Positions 47,001-56,557 of a DNA stretch of 64,000 nt are shown here, one piece after another; within the stretch, counting starts at the first letter, position 1; the number at the start of each line of letters is the position of its first letter. This DNA is from Chitinivibrionales bacterium. Its GTDB lineage: Bacteria > Fibrobacterota > Chitinivibrionia > Chitinivibrionales > WJKA01. The position numbers and the translations under genes are program-made. The stretch is taken from the NCBI GenBank assembly GCA_038247415.1, contig JBBRUX010000011.1, forward strand, positions 10 to 64,009, given 5' to 3'. The notes below the pieces were generated by a model that saw only the letters and a list, made by a program, of their open reading frames with translations, did no database searches and was not told where the DNA came from.

Positions 47001-48868
47001 CCTGGGAACGTCTGGGAAAAGCATTCTTTGTAAGTAAAGATTATAAAAAATGCATTGCTCCGCTCAAAATGGCGGTCAAGTTCATGCCAGCGCATGCAGA
47101 AAGCCATATAATGCTTGGAACCGCGTTGCTTGAAAACAACCAATATGCAGATGCCAGCGTATCTCTTCTTGCTGCAAGCGCATTAAAGCCTACCGATACC
47201 GAGATTCTAAGCCTTCTTGCTTCTTGTTATCGGAACCTCAAAGATAAAAATAGCCTCATAACAACGCTTTTGCTGTGGGCTAAACTCGATGTACAGTCGT
47301 ATGATATTCGCATTGAGCTTGCCGGCCTGCTCTTGGGTGCGGGTCGTTATGCAGAATCGGTTCCCATACTACAAGGCGCCGCTGCGATTAATCCCGAAAG
47401 CCCTATTGTTTACAAAATGCTTGCAACTGCATCAGAATTTGTTGCCGACACCAAGGCACGAGGGACCTATCTTGCAAAAGCACTCGAATATTCCCCCCGC
47501 GACCCAGATCTTCTGTATCAGCTTGGACGATTTTACCAAAGCGGCAATGAAGTAACAAAGGCAGCAGCATCCTATAAATTGGCAATCGACCTAAGCCCTA
47601 CCCAGAGTGCTGCACGCTATGAATATGGCATGATTCTCTTTGCGCAACAGAAAATGCCCGAATCGCTCGAGTACCTAGAAGCAGCAATGAGCCTAGAGCC
47701 CGACAATGCTCGCTATTGTGCACAGTATGCTCGCGTTGCAATTGGCTTTGGCAATGCTCAAAAGGCACTTGCTGCTGCCACAAAAGCATTAGAAAAAAGC
47801 CCCAAGGATTTCGTTGTATTGTCAAGTACTGCCATGGTATTTACCGCTGCGGGTCAAACGGTAAAAGCCAAGCAGATATTGCGTAGCGCGCTCGAGGCAA
47901 ATGAAAAATGTATCGACTGTTATACAGCCCTTGGCGAGGTTAATACCATCGAAGCTAATTACAAACAGGCAGTAAAAATGCTTATGCGGGCATGGGAATT
48001 AGCGGGATACAACGAGGACATCGTATTTCGACTTGGCTGTGCACTCAGTCACGACAGCAAATTTATCGAAGCGATCGATTTCTTCAAAATGGTTCTTTCG
48101 AAAAATCCAGCCAGCGATGTCACTCTCTATCAGCTTATTTATATTTATTGTCATAACGGGAATATTGCACTGGCCCAAACCGTGCTCGACGCGTTTGAGC
48201 GCGATCAGAAAAAATCCTACTGGACTCAGGCAGCTCGTGGCGAAGTTTTCCTTGCCCAAGGAAATCTTGATGGTGCATTTCTTTCTCTTAATGTGGCAAT
48301 TCGCCTTTCACCCGATGATCCCCACATTCTCGATGCGCTGGGAAGAACATCTTTGGCAAGTAGGCAATACGATCAAGCAATTGTAAATTTTGGAAAAGCA
48401 ATGGCATCCGACCCCAACAATCCCAATTTACTTATTGGACTAGCAAAAGCTTATGAAGGGCAAGGCAACGTGGATGCTGCCCTGGATCTTGTTGCACCCC
48501 TTTTATCACGATTCACCGAAAATACCGAAGCATTTTATACGGCAGCTTGCCTTAAAGCGAAACAAGGTAAACATGCAGAAGCGCTTGCTTTGGCCAAACA
48601 AGGTATTGGCTACACTCCCCTTTCCTCAAACCTTCACATAATTCTTGGCAATGAGCTCGCAGCCACAGGATTATTCCACGATGCAATCGAAGCCTATGCA
48701 CAAAGCCTTAAACTCAGTAACAATACTGCTATCGATACCTATCGACTCATTGGTGATGTATATAGAGTAAAATTATCTAACCCGTCTAAGGCCAAAGAAT
48801 ACTATCAAAAGTATCTCAAGTCTGGCGGGACAAATGGCGAAGTAAAATTATTACTTAAAAGATTATAA
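44063..48868 (+). CDS. Giant (1601 aa) exported tetratricopeptide-repeat protein
   Basis: Signal peptide, N-terminal CsgG/TolB-N-like region (ATSLKADYII), then many TPR units (A..LG..Y......A......A....P). Confidence 0.88.
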   Translation: MRIRIVCCVFVFLTAQLFAAQTPPTPGTSSTYSKRILFCRPADVSAKQGQGLFFGALSTEYLQFRLSAISSCTVIPTQSVIAAYAPYANIAAEISDEEYSRIATSLKADYIIAQKCEVSNADKNVSFYLEISQVGHAGSTKSIERSFLLADAGQNLDSCMLSLTTILGTPILPQLERFFKMPVLSQDPKNLRTLGEIILADQYIHDTRNGDISTQYAALVALDVRMDLGYYLGAAAYMHEKKYRKAADYYKHLYDIIPEYFPIYFKLVNALRLGRDFTEAAEFGKTGLGRNPRSVELLAELAATYEAMGRNVNAEDAFRQMLTIDSHNLQALLFFAHTQNSRNKPEEAIAYADAVLNIDSTQSIAWTEKGNALFTQSKLAQAIPCLEKAIALDNNAPQPRLLLGDIFVTTKEYAKAATQFNAAALASPNDVDIQLKAANANSLAGEIPKAVLALKAVEGRFATNMVLKKELGLLELAKGDTTAAQAHLETALADQKSDFRLLMALGNIYTAKKSYDNALRMYNQSMPLITDKNACRIALANLALIQKDVPRAQSQLNEIAHNAPDYLKVNEFKGECALLGGNKSAALPLFLREREVHGTNRGLAQNITWLYFDAKNWKQTDIEARALLKIDPTNAEALFRFGTALMQLGNAPEGSSAIAKARQTAKPSAALAFEIGRGHAFVEQFDNAISCYRECLAALPQREDVWLELSDMLIATKQDSAAAEAYLHLFTFNPSLYKDKLADAGHIFNRLGNKTSARSAYILFLDTKFKNPQVNVNLASIEFGLKNYARVVELLQPLSDAELSEEAQIIAFAQSYISLGKFANAKAPIARILKRNPRHIKALELSALCSEKTNDLTTAITVNEQLVDIAPPEVSVNCAFHAGELYEKLGRRDEAIARYTKNIDKFPSDVRSFDRLAIIYCAAFDWTKAQPILQRALALPQVPPRLFNLLAQCYTSRSQTDSSIIWYQKYVTLAPTDSIAWERLGKAFFVSKDYKKCIAPLKMAVKFMPAHAESHIMLGTALLENNQYADASVSLLAASALKPTDTEILSLLASCYRNLKDKNSLITTLLLWAKLDVQSYDIRIELAGLLLGAGRYAESVPILQGAAAINPESPIVYKMLATASEFVADTKARGTYLAKALEYSPRDPDLLYQLGRFYQSGNEVTKAAASYKLAIDLSPTQSAARYEYGMILFAQQKMPESLEYLEAAMSLEPDNARYCAQYARVAIGFGNAQKALAAATKALEKSPKDFVVLSSTAMVFTAAGQTVKAKQILRSALEANEKCIDCYTALGEVNTIEANYKQAVKMLMRAWELAGYNEDIVFRLGCALSHDSKFIEAIDFFKMVLSKNPASDVTLYQLIYIYCHNGNIALAQTVLDAFERDQKKSYWTQAARGEVFLAQGNLDGAFLSLNVAIRLSPDDPHILDALGRTSLASRQYDQAIVNFGKAMASDPNNPNLLIGLAKAYEGQGNVDAALDLVAPLLSRFTENTEAFYTAACLKAKQGKHAEALALAKQGIGYTPLSSNLHIILGNELAATGLFHDAIEAYAQSLKLSNNTAIDTYRLIGDVYRVKLSNPSKAKEYYQKYLKSGGTNGEVKLLLKRL

Positions 48869-49473
48869 TGGAGGAGGAAAGCATGTCTCGAACTACCGGG
48901 CGTAAACCAGTCAGCAATTTCTTTATCAAAAAATCGCTTCAAATCGGATTAATATCCGAAATAATAGGAGCAGTCACATTTGCTTCTATTGTAAGCGTTG
49001 GCACCATTTTAAGTGTCTACTATTTTCAGCACAGCAGCGTAAGCCTGTATCGCCTCAGCGATCTTGGTAACCTTACCAAAGAAAACATTTTTGGGCTGCT
49101 CCTGCCAAGCCTCCTTATAAGCATAATAGTCAATATTATGTTTGGTTTAATCATTGGGTTATATGCTTCGCGCGCTTTTGCGGTGCCCGTTTACAAACTC
49201 GAACAATGGGCAACGCTTTTAAGAGCCGGCAAGCTGCATACATTATTAAGTTTTCGCGAAAAAAAGAAAATGGCCTCCACCGTAACTCTTTTTAATAATC
49301 TGGCAGTAGATCTTCGCGGAGAACTTTTACAAGTCAAGAAAGCTCTGGAAAGTGGTAAGGAAGCAGACCTTTCTGCAGCCTTGGCGATTATGAACAGATT
49401 CGATTTTGGGCATGAGTATGCAATTTCAGAAAAATCCATAACCGAAGATGCAGAAACGATTACATCCCAATAA
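48868..49473 (+). CDS. Two-TM membrane protein with HAMP-like C-terminal segment
   Basis: NFFIKKSLQ, two hydrophobic helices, SRAFAVPVYKLE...G.L...LSFRE...FNNL. Start may be ATG 48883. Confidence 0.7.
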   Translation: MEEESMSRTTGRKPVSNFFIKKSLQIGLISEIIGAVTFASIVSVGTILSVYYFQHSSVSLYRLSDLGNLTKENIFGLLLPSLLISIIVNIMFGLIIGLYASRAFAVPVYKLEQWATLLRAGKLHTLLSFREKKKMASTVTLFNNLAVDLRGELLQVKKALESGKEADLSAALAIMNRFDFGHEYAISEKSITEDAETITSQ

Positions 49474-49560
49474 ATCTGTGACAGCATGTATTTTCTGGTT
49501 CTTGCGGCACATAGCATTTTTTAACGTATGCCAACGTATGGCTCTTTTCTGGAGATTTTC

Positions 49561-50541
49561 ATGATTGTATCGCGTTCCTCGAGGTGGCTTGCTCTCCTGA
49601 CACTTGTTTTCTTCGCATTAAGCAGTGCATCTGCAGCACCCAACAAAAAAAACGCCGAAGAGACTCTTTTTGGAACAGCCACAATCGATTCGCTTCTGGC
49701 CGTCATGACTCAATTTCTTCCAGAATCGGTCGTTATTGTAAAGGCAACAGTATTTCCACTTTCGGTTACTGGCATCTCGCAAACTAACGCGTTAGGGTCT
49801 TGGGTTAGCGAATATATTGCCTACTCGCTTCAAAGCAATCCGCGATTTGTTTTGGCAGATCAGAAACAATACCGATCAACGCTACGCAAGCTCGACATCT
49901 CGCTTAAAGATGTTCTCGATGATTCTGCATCTCTTTACATTGGGCGTTCCATGGGTGTCGATTACGCAATTTTGGGCTCTATAACGGGCACCGGCAACGA
50001 AAACAGGTGTGCAATCGAACTTCGCATCATTAATGTTAAAACGGGTGTTATACTAACCGGGGCATCTTCAGGGAGTATTACAAACCACTATGATCAGCTT
50101 GCCAGTTCGATGCAAACACGACGCATTAAAACCGAAATCGCCCCAACAATGGTACGATCGCTTGTTCCAGGATTTGCTCAATTGTATCGCAAACGCCCCA
50201 TTGCAGGGATAATTACCATTACCACCTTTCTGGGATCAGCCGCTTTTATGGCAAGCCAAATTCCAGCGTATTCCAAAGCAAACAAAGAATTTCTTGACTA
50301 TCAAAACTTTAGTCTCGAGAAAGACCAAGAGCTGTATAAAGTAACTGGGGATTCTCTGAAAGAAATTGCATCAGCCAAACTTTCGCCCGTTATTATTGGA
50401 GCATCAATGCTTGGAATCGCCTATTTAGCCAACGTAACCGATGTTTTGGTAGCCAGTGTTATTGCACGCAAAAATTTCACCCTGTACTTTTCATGTGCGT
50501 ATCCCCTGCATCCAACACTCACGTTACGCTACAATTTTTAA
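49561..50541 (+). CDS. FlgO/CsgG-like domain protein with DUF5683-like C-terminus
   Basis: Signal peptide, IGRSMGVDYAILGSI, LRIINVKTGVIL, RSLVPGFAQLY. Confidence 0.65.
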   Translation: MIVSRSSRWLALLTLVFFALSSASAAPNKKNAEETLFGTATIDSLLAVMTQFLPESVVIVKATVFPLSVTGISQTNALGSWVSEYIAYSLQSNPRFVLADQKQYRSTLRKLDISLKDVLDDSASLYIGRSMGVDYAILGSITGTGNENRCAIELRIINVKTGVILTGASSGSITNHYDQLASSMQTRRIKTEIAPTMVRSLVPGFAQLYRKRPIAGIITITTFLGSAAFMASQIPAYSKANKEFLDYQNFSLEKDQELYKVTGDSLKEIASAKLSPVIIGASMLGIAYLANVTDVLVASVIARKNFTLYFSCAYPLHPTLTLRYNF

Positions 50542-50655
50542 CAGCCAGAAATACTCCCCAAGTCAGACCCGCGCAAATACCGTGCGGGATCTATTTTATT
50601 ATATATAGTATTATATACGAAGATCGTTTTTTACCAATCAACAAAGGTGGATGGT

Positions 50656-50862
50656 ATGGGCAACATCGGCTTCAATGAATTACTCATTATCCTTGTCATC
50701 GTATTTCTTCTCTTTGGTGCTAAAAAGATTCCCGAACTTGCAGCAGGGCTTGGAAAAGGCCTCAAGGAATTTAAAAAGGCGCAATCGGAGCCCGTTACCC
50801 CACCCGAGGTTACCGATAAGAAAACAGCAACTCCTACGGATACAACAGAGAAAAAAGCGTGA
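50656..50862 (+). CDS. tatA: Twin-arginine translocase subunit TatA
   Basis: [42 protein letters not shown]. Confidence 0.95.
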   Translation: MGNIGFNELLIILVIVFLLFGAKKIPELAAGLGKGLKEFKKAQSEPVTPPEVTDKKTATPTDTTEKKA

Positions 50863-51584
50863 CCCGTCCTTCGGCAGAAATGCCCATTCTCGACCACCTC
50901 GAAGAATTACGGTGGAGGATTATTAAGGCGCTGGGCGCTGTTATTGTTTTTGCTATCCCCAGCGGTATCTACTGGCGAAAAATTTTCGACCTTGCGCTCG
51001 TATACCCAATGAGCATTGCCAATCCACGACCACGCCTTATTTTTACCACTCCCGGCGAAGCCGTTGTCATCAGTATGAAAATCGCCATTGTTGGCGGTAT
51101 TATTGGCGCCCTGCCGGTTCTTTTTTATCAACTTTGGAAATTTGTTGCCCCAGGGCTTTACAAACACGAAAAGAAAATAATACTGCCTACCGTACTTGCC
51201 TCTACATTTTGTTTTCTCCTGGGCGTTTCATTTGCATACCTGGTGCTTCCCTATTTTGTAAAATTTCTCGCCGAATATGGTGCAGGCGTGCTCGATCCTT
51301 TTTTTAAGGCATCCGATTACATTAATTTTATTATGACCATGGTACTCTCTTTTGGAGCAATTTTCGAATTGCCGGTTGTTGCATTTGCGCTTGCAAAGCT
51401 TGGGATTATTACACCCCAATTTCTTATTAAAAATATCAGATATGCGATCGTGCTCATTTTTGTGGTGGCAGCAATTCTTACCCCTCCCGACATTATTTCA
51501 CAATGCGTTATGGCTGCGCCCCTCATCATTTTATATGGCATGAGTATCCTTACTGCCCACTGGGGACAAAGGAAAAAAACATGA
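50859..51584 (+). CDS. tatC: Twin-arginine translocase subunit TatC
   Basis: [42 protein letters not shown]. Confidence 0.96.
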   Translation: MTRPSAEMPILDHLEELRWRIIKALGAVIVFAIPSGIYWRKIFDLALVYPMSIANPRPRLIFTTPGEAVVISMKIAIVGGIIGALPVLFYQLWKFVAPGLYKHEKKIILPTVLASTFCFLLGVSFAYLVLPYFVKFLAEYGAGVLDPFFKASDYINFIMTMVLSFGAIFELPVVAFALAKLGIITPQFLIKNIRYAIVLIFVVAAILTPPDIISQCVMAAPLIILYGMSILTAHWGQRKKT

Positions 51585-52381
51585 TGAATGGTATTGGCTT
51601 TGGTGAAATTCTCCTGATCGCCCTTTTGGTACTTCTCTTTTTTGGCTCGAAGGAACTACCCGATTTCATACGTAAAGCAGCACAGTTTATGGGTAAAATA
51701 AAGCAAGCAACCGATCGCGTCCGCTCGGAAATAGATTCCATCGCAACGCCGATCACCTCAATGACACCCCTGCCCGATGCCGGCGCACAGCGAAGAAACG
51801 ATGTGCGCATCGAATACCGCGCACATCGAAAAGAGGTACCAGAGGCCTCAAGAAAATCTGCAGCAACGTCAATTACCCAGCACATCACTCAATTGCCGTC
51901 GTATGCCCAATGCACTGCTCTGATGGTGTATGTAAGCGCTCATTCCGAAGTTGACACGAGTGAACTCATTGCACAATGCTTTATCGATAGCAAACGAGTT
52001 ATTGTGCCCTATTGCAAAGAGCATACAAATACCATGGGAATTGCAGAGATCAAGAACGTCCAAACCGACCTCGAACTGGGTTCATGTGGCATACGGGAAC
52101 CAATCAAAACGCTCCGGGATAATTTTCTTCGCAGCGATCTTACCCTTATCATATGCCCGGGAATTGCATTCGACCGATTTGGCGGACGCCTTGGCAATGG
52201 GAAAGGCTACTACGATTCATTCTTGCGCGAACTTAAAGGAAGATGCCACATGGTAGGCATTGGTTATTCCTGTCAAATACTCGACAACTCTTTACCATTC
52301 TCTTATCATGATATTCCCATGGATCAAGTCATAACCGAAAACGGACCACTCATTACCCAAGCACTCCAGCAGCAGGGATAA
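51581..52381 (+). CDS. TatB-like N-terminus fused to 5-formyltetrahydrofolate cyclo-ligase
   Basis: [26 protein letters not shown] (TatA/B), then EVDT, GIREP, PGIAFDRFGGRLGNGKGYYD, HDIPMDQVITE in one frame. Confidence 0.88.
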   Translation: MMNGIGFGEILLIALLVLLFFGSKELPDFIRKAAQFMGKIKQATDRVRSEIDSIATPITSMTPLPDAGAQRRNDVRIEYRAHRKEVPEASRKSAATSITQHITQLPSYAQCTALMVYVSAHSEVDTSELIAQCFIDSKRVIVPYCKEHTNTMGIAEIKNVQTDLELGSCGIREPIKTLRDNFLRSDLTLIICPGIAFDRFGGRLGNGKGYYDSFLRELKGRCHMVGIGYSCQILDNSLPFSYHDIPMDQVITENGPLITQALQQQG

Positions 52382-52390
52382 ATTCGAGCA

Positions 52391-53308
52391 ATGGTACTCG
52401 TCCTTCTCTATTGCGCATGCGGCCTTGGGTTAGGTTTACTAACGATTCTTTTCGGTCGCTTCTATCTCGACATTCAAGCCGAATCTTCCCAGTCAAACCA
52501 CTCCGGTAACGCACTGGGATGGTTTATACATCCTGTATTTTTACAATTTCGCTACACCTATCCGGCAGCATATGGGGTTCTTCGCATCGCCTTTTGGACA
52601 TGGAAATTACCCTTCAAAGATTCTCAAGACCCGCTTCCACCACAAGAGGCTCGTCCTCATAAACCAAAACCTTCTCCCAAAAGCCAAAAGAGCACCGTGG
52701 CCGCTGCGAGAATAACACACGAGATTTCGCCCCGATCTCCTCTACAAAGCACGCAACAAACGATAGAAACACCGCATTCTACCTACGAAAAAACTTCATA
52801 TAAAACCTCCACTCAGCAAACGCCGCGCCCTAAAAGAGCACATAGAATAGCACGTTTTTTTTCATTTCTCCGGTCGATTCCAACCAGACTGCGGGCAAAC
52901 CCATGGGTATATCTTATTAGTCAACGAGCCTATCTCGCAAAAATCGGTAGATGGCTGATACGGATTCTTAAGGCAGCATATTATTTTGTAAGTATTAAAG
53001 AATTATCGGTTCGCATTGCGGCATCCTTCGAAAATCCGGCAGACACGGCAAAACTCTATGGTTATTGTGAGGCACTGCGGGCAGCCGTTACTACACAAAA
53101 AAAACGAGCGTTTTCATGTGTTTTCGTCCCATGTTTTGCAAACGAACCAGTGTCCATTTTTGCAACGGTAAAGGTTCAAACATCGGTGTGGCAAATGCTG
53201 GGCCCTGTATTTATTGGTGTTGCTACATTTCCATATCTTCATACATTTTGGATACTCAGAGCAATGAAAAAACGCACAAAGCATTCCACTAAGGATTTGA
53301 GAGTATGA
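52391..53308 (+). CDS. Hypothetical basic membrane protein (DUF2953-like)
   Basis: N-terminal TM, Pro/Lys-rich linker, FENPADTAKLYG motif. Confidence 0.6.
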   Translation: MVLVLLYCACGLGLGLLTILFGRFYLDIQAESSQSNHSGNALGWFIHPVFLQFRYTYPAAYGVLRIAFWTWKLPFKDSQDPLPPQEARPHKPKPSPKSQKSTVAAARITHEISPRSPLQSTQQTIETPHSTYEKTSYKTSTQQTPRPKRAHRIARFFSFLRSIPTRLRANPWVYLISQRAYLAKIGRWLIRILKAAYYFVSIKELSVRIAASFENPADTAKLYGYCEALRAAVTTQKKRAFSCVFVPCFANEPVSIFATVKVQTSVWQMLGPVFIGVATFPYLHTFWILRAMKKRTKHSTKDLRV

Positions 53309-54096
53309 CGGCACTTGAAACTCTCGATTCAATCGCCGAACTTTTTGGGCGTGCAACTCGTGAAGCAGTCATGGAAGTTGGTGCTATTTCGATTTTTTTC
53401 TGGAAAGTCCTCCGAGTATGCCCAACCCTCATTTTTAAGAAGTTTCATCTCCTTACCGAACAAATGCTCCGTATTGGCGTTGGCTCCATTCCGCTCATAG
53501 CTTTCATCTCGGTGTTTATTGGGGCGATCACTGTATGGCAAATCAAATACTTTTTTGCCGACATGATTCCCTATTCTATGCTGGGAACCCTTGTGGGAAA
53601 AGCTGTTTTCACCGATCTTGGACCTGTTCTTACAGGACTTGTGATAACCGGCCGAATTGGCGCGATGCTTGCCGCAGAGCTAGGCACCATGAAGGTAACA
53701 GAACAAGTTGCCGCTATGGAAATCCTCTCGCTCGATCCCTTTTTATATCTTTTAGCACCTAGGATTCTTTCTGGATTTATCATGATGCCAATGCTCGGCA
53801 TTATATCATCATTTCTTGCCATCGAAAGCGCTCAATTACTGGCTGCAATGGCGCTCGATGTATCATTTGATACATTTTATAATGGTGTTCGACTTTTGTT
53901 CAGAGTACAAGACGTAATAATCATGCTCACTAAAACATTTGTTTTTGGTGGCGTCGTTGCGCTCTCGGGGTGCTACTTTGGTTACCTTACCCATGGGGGT
54001 GCAGTTGAAGTTGGACAAGCCACCAATCGCGCTGTTGTCCGTTCGTCAATTTTAATACTGATGATGAATCTTGTGGTTGCAGCGTTGTTGCTCTAA
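53305..54096 (+). CDS. mlaE: MlaE-family ABC transporter permease
   Basis: IGVGSIP, LGPVLTGLVITGRIGA..AAELGTMKVTEQ, YLLAPR, GGAVEVGQAT..AVV. Confidence 0.92.
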   Translation: MTALETLDSIAELFGRATREAVMEVGAISIFFWKVLRVCPTLIFKKFHLLTEQMLRIGVGSIPLIAFISVFIGAITVWQIKYFFADMIPYSMLGTLVGKAVFTDLGPVLTGLVITGRIGAMLAAELGTMKVTEQVAAMEILSLDPFLYLLAPRILSGFIMMPMLGIISSFLAIESAQLLAAMALDVSFDTFYNGVRLLFRVQDVIIMLTKTFVFGGVVALSGCYFGYLTHGGAVEVGQATNRAVVRSSILILMMNLVVAALLL

Positions 54097-54116
54097 CCTT
54101 TATTAATGGATACTCC

Positions 54117-56279
54117 ATGAAAAAGAAAACTGCTCCTAGACTTGTAAACGTTCCGCTGTTTTCCCTTGTGGGAAATTTAATTATTTCGCTCTGCATATTC
54201 GCCTACGCCGAAAACATAGTGTTCCCAAGTGATGCCGGAATCATTGACGTCACGAAAGCCCCGTATAATGCAAATAGCCATGGTGCTGTCAATGCAACCA
54301 CTCCCATACAGCAAGCCCTTAATGCGTACCCAAATGGTGGAGTCATTATCTATTTGCCCAATGGGACGTATCTTGTCAATGATACGCTTAAATGGCCCAA
54401 TGGTAATAGCGGAGCCGATTATAAAAATGTCATTATGCAAGGACAAAGCCGCCTTGGCACCGTTATTCGGCTTGCCAATGCAGAACCAGGGTATACAAAT
54501 GCATCTGTCAATAAACCAGTACTCTGGACTGGCCCCCGTCCGGCACAGCGCTTCCGTATCGCAATTCGCAATCTTACCGTTAATACCGGCACGGGAAATC
54601 CCGGCGCTGTTGGCATAGAATTCAACGCTAATAATCAGGGTTGCTTGCGCGACGTTGCCATAACAAGTGGGGACGGACAGGGTCTTATTGGCCTGGATAT
54701 GGGTTTCACCTCAGAAATAGGCCCATTGCTGGTTAAAAATCTTACCGTAGATGGATTTGACCTTGGGATACGATCCCGGTATCAAATGAATAGTCAGATT
54801 CTTGAACATATTACTCTTCGTAATCAAAAAAAGTATGGCTATTACAATTGGGGACAAACCGTTGCTATTCGCGACCTCAATTTTACCGGAAATGTACCGG
54901 CCGTTTTTAATGATGGCGATTCAAGTTTCATGAATATTATTGGGGCTAAGCTTACCGGCACTGGTGCGGCATCTTCGCTTTCTGCCATTATTAATAGTGG
55001 CACGCTGTATGCCCGTGATTGCTCAACAGCGGTATATGGCACGGCTATCAACAACCTAGCGGGAAACATATCAAAAGTCAATGGCCCCGTAGTGTACGAA
55101 TTCGTCAGCCATGCAATAAAGAGCCTTTTTTCGTCGCCACAAACATCATTGCATCTTCCCATTGCCGAAACACCCGAAGTTCCTTGGGACGAAAATCTTT
55201 CGCAATGGACTCGCGTAGCCCCCGACCTCTCCGATGCAACCAAGGCTTTACAAGACGCTATTGACCGAGGTAACACAACCGTATACCTTCCCCGTGGCAA
55301 ATTTGTAGTAAGCGACACCATTTCTATTCGGGGTAATGTAAGACGAATAATTGGTTGCGAAGGATCAATCGAAATCACTCCAGCATTTGGCGCTACAAAT
55401 AGCCCGGTATTCATGTTTCGCAATGGTAACGCGCCTGTCGTGGTACTCGAACGATTCAGTATGGGAGGGATTTCAGGTAGCCCTACGGTATATGGCTTCA
55501 AACACGTATCAAATAGAACTCTCGTGCTCAAGGATATTTCTGGCTGGGGGTACAAAGGTGAAGGGCCAGGTGATGTGTATATCGAGGATATTACCATTAA
55601 CCAGCTACACAATGTCACCTTTAAAAATCAAAAAACCTGGATTCGTCAACTTAATGTTGAAAACAATGGGGTCAAAACAATCTTTGACAATACAACTGGA
55701 TGGATTCTCGGGCTTAAAACAGAACGACCCGGAACCGTGATTTCTGCCAAAAATGGCAGCTCTGTTGAGCTCTATGGGGGGTTCACCTACGGCACCATGA
55801 CGCCCGAATTAATACTCCCTTGGTTTAATATCGAGAACTCTTCATTTTCTGCATCCGCATGTGAAATTAATCTAGATACCATTACGGGGAATTACCACTG
55901 GTATGCACCTCCAGAATCATTGCTCGTGCGCGAAGTTCGAGGGAATCTGTCAGATACCCTATATCGAGCTGACGCTGCACGGCATATGATCGAAGCGTCC
56001 AAGTTGCCATTATATGTAGGCTATTCTTCTGCAGCAGCCAAATCGCCTGTGGCATATGCCTCGCGTAAAGCAAGCGTACCAGTTAAGTCGATAAACATGG
56101 GCATTAATTCTTCAAAAAGATCTCTGCCTGCAGATGCAAAAAGCCTACAAATCTACGATTTACAGGGCCGATTGGTGTGGCAGTACGATAAAAACCGATC
56201 GGTTCCTCTCGAAGAAATTGGCATGCCAAAATCGGTTACCAAACGAAAAGGCATCATGTTTACGATTATTTCGAAGTAA
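54117..56279 (+). CDS. Secreted beta-helix carbohydrate-active protein (pectate_lyase_3/GH55-like) with C-terminal sorting tail
   Basis: IVFPSDAGIIDVTKAPYNA, IIYLPNGTYLVNDTL, second repeat DATKALQDAIDRG.TTVYLPRG, WILGLKTE, IYDLQGRLV. Confidence 0.8.
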   Translation: MKKKTAPRLVNVPLFSLVGNLIISLCIFAYAENIVFPSDAGIIDVTKAPYNANSHGAVNATTPIQQALNAYPNGGVIIYLPNGTYLVNDTLKWPNGNSGADYKNVIMQGQSRLGTVIRLANAEPGYTNASVNKPVLWTGPRPAQRFRIAIRNLTVNTGTGNPGAVGIEFNANNQGCLRDVAITSGDGQGLIGLDMGFTSEIGPLLVKNLTVDGFDLGIRSRYQMNSQILEHITLRNQKKYGYYNWGQTVAIRDLNFTGNVPAVFNDGDSSFMNIIGAKLTGTGAASSLSAIINSGTLYARDCSTAVYGTAINNLAGNISKVNGPVVYEFVSHAIKSLFSSPQTSLHLPIAETPEVPWDENLSQWTRVAPDLSDATKALQDAIDRGNTTVYLPRGKFVVSDTISIRGNVRRIIGCEGSIEITPAFGATNSPVFMFRNGNAPVVVLERFSMGGISGSPTVYGFKHVSNRTLVLKDISGWGYKGEGPGDVYIEDITINQLHNVTFKNQKTWIRQLNVENNGVKTIFDNTTGWILGLKTERPGTVISAKNGSSVELYGGFTYGTMTPELILPWFNIENSSFSASACEINLDTITGNYHWYAPPESLLVREVRGNLSDTLYRADAARHMIEASKLPLYVGYSSAAAKSPVAYASRKASVPVKSINMGINSSKRSLPADAKSLQIYDLQGRLVWQYDKNRSVPLEEIGMPKSVTKRKGIMFTIISK

Positions 56280-56315
56280 CAACCCCTTTCTTGGGCCCTA
56301 ACGCTTTCAACCCAT

Positions 56316-56349
56316 AATGCACCATACTAACCTTTGGTGCATTTTTTTT
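56316..56349 (+). terminator. Intrinsic terminator
   Basis: AATGCACCA...TGGTGCATT hairpin followed by a T-run. Confidence 0.7.
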
Positions 56350-56557
56350 ATCTGCTGCACCTGTGTACTCTTTACATGTGCAATTATATCGAGAGAAATT
56401 TGATTCTGATCACATCATCGATTAATTTTTCTAAGTGGCCATGTTACAATCGGCATTATGCTTGCCTGGCAGGCATTACTATTGTATACTAATCAATATT
56501 AATGATATCGTTTCTACGACCGCTTACACACGTACCATTACTGCAAAAGGATTCCTC

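Noticed and set aside
54842-55618. 258-aa minus-strand ORF
   Set aside because: Antisense shadow of the beta-helix enzyme gene.
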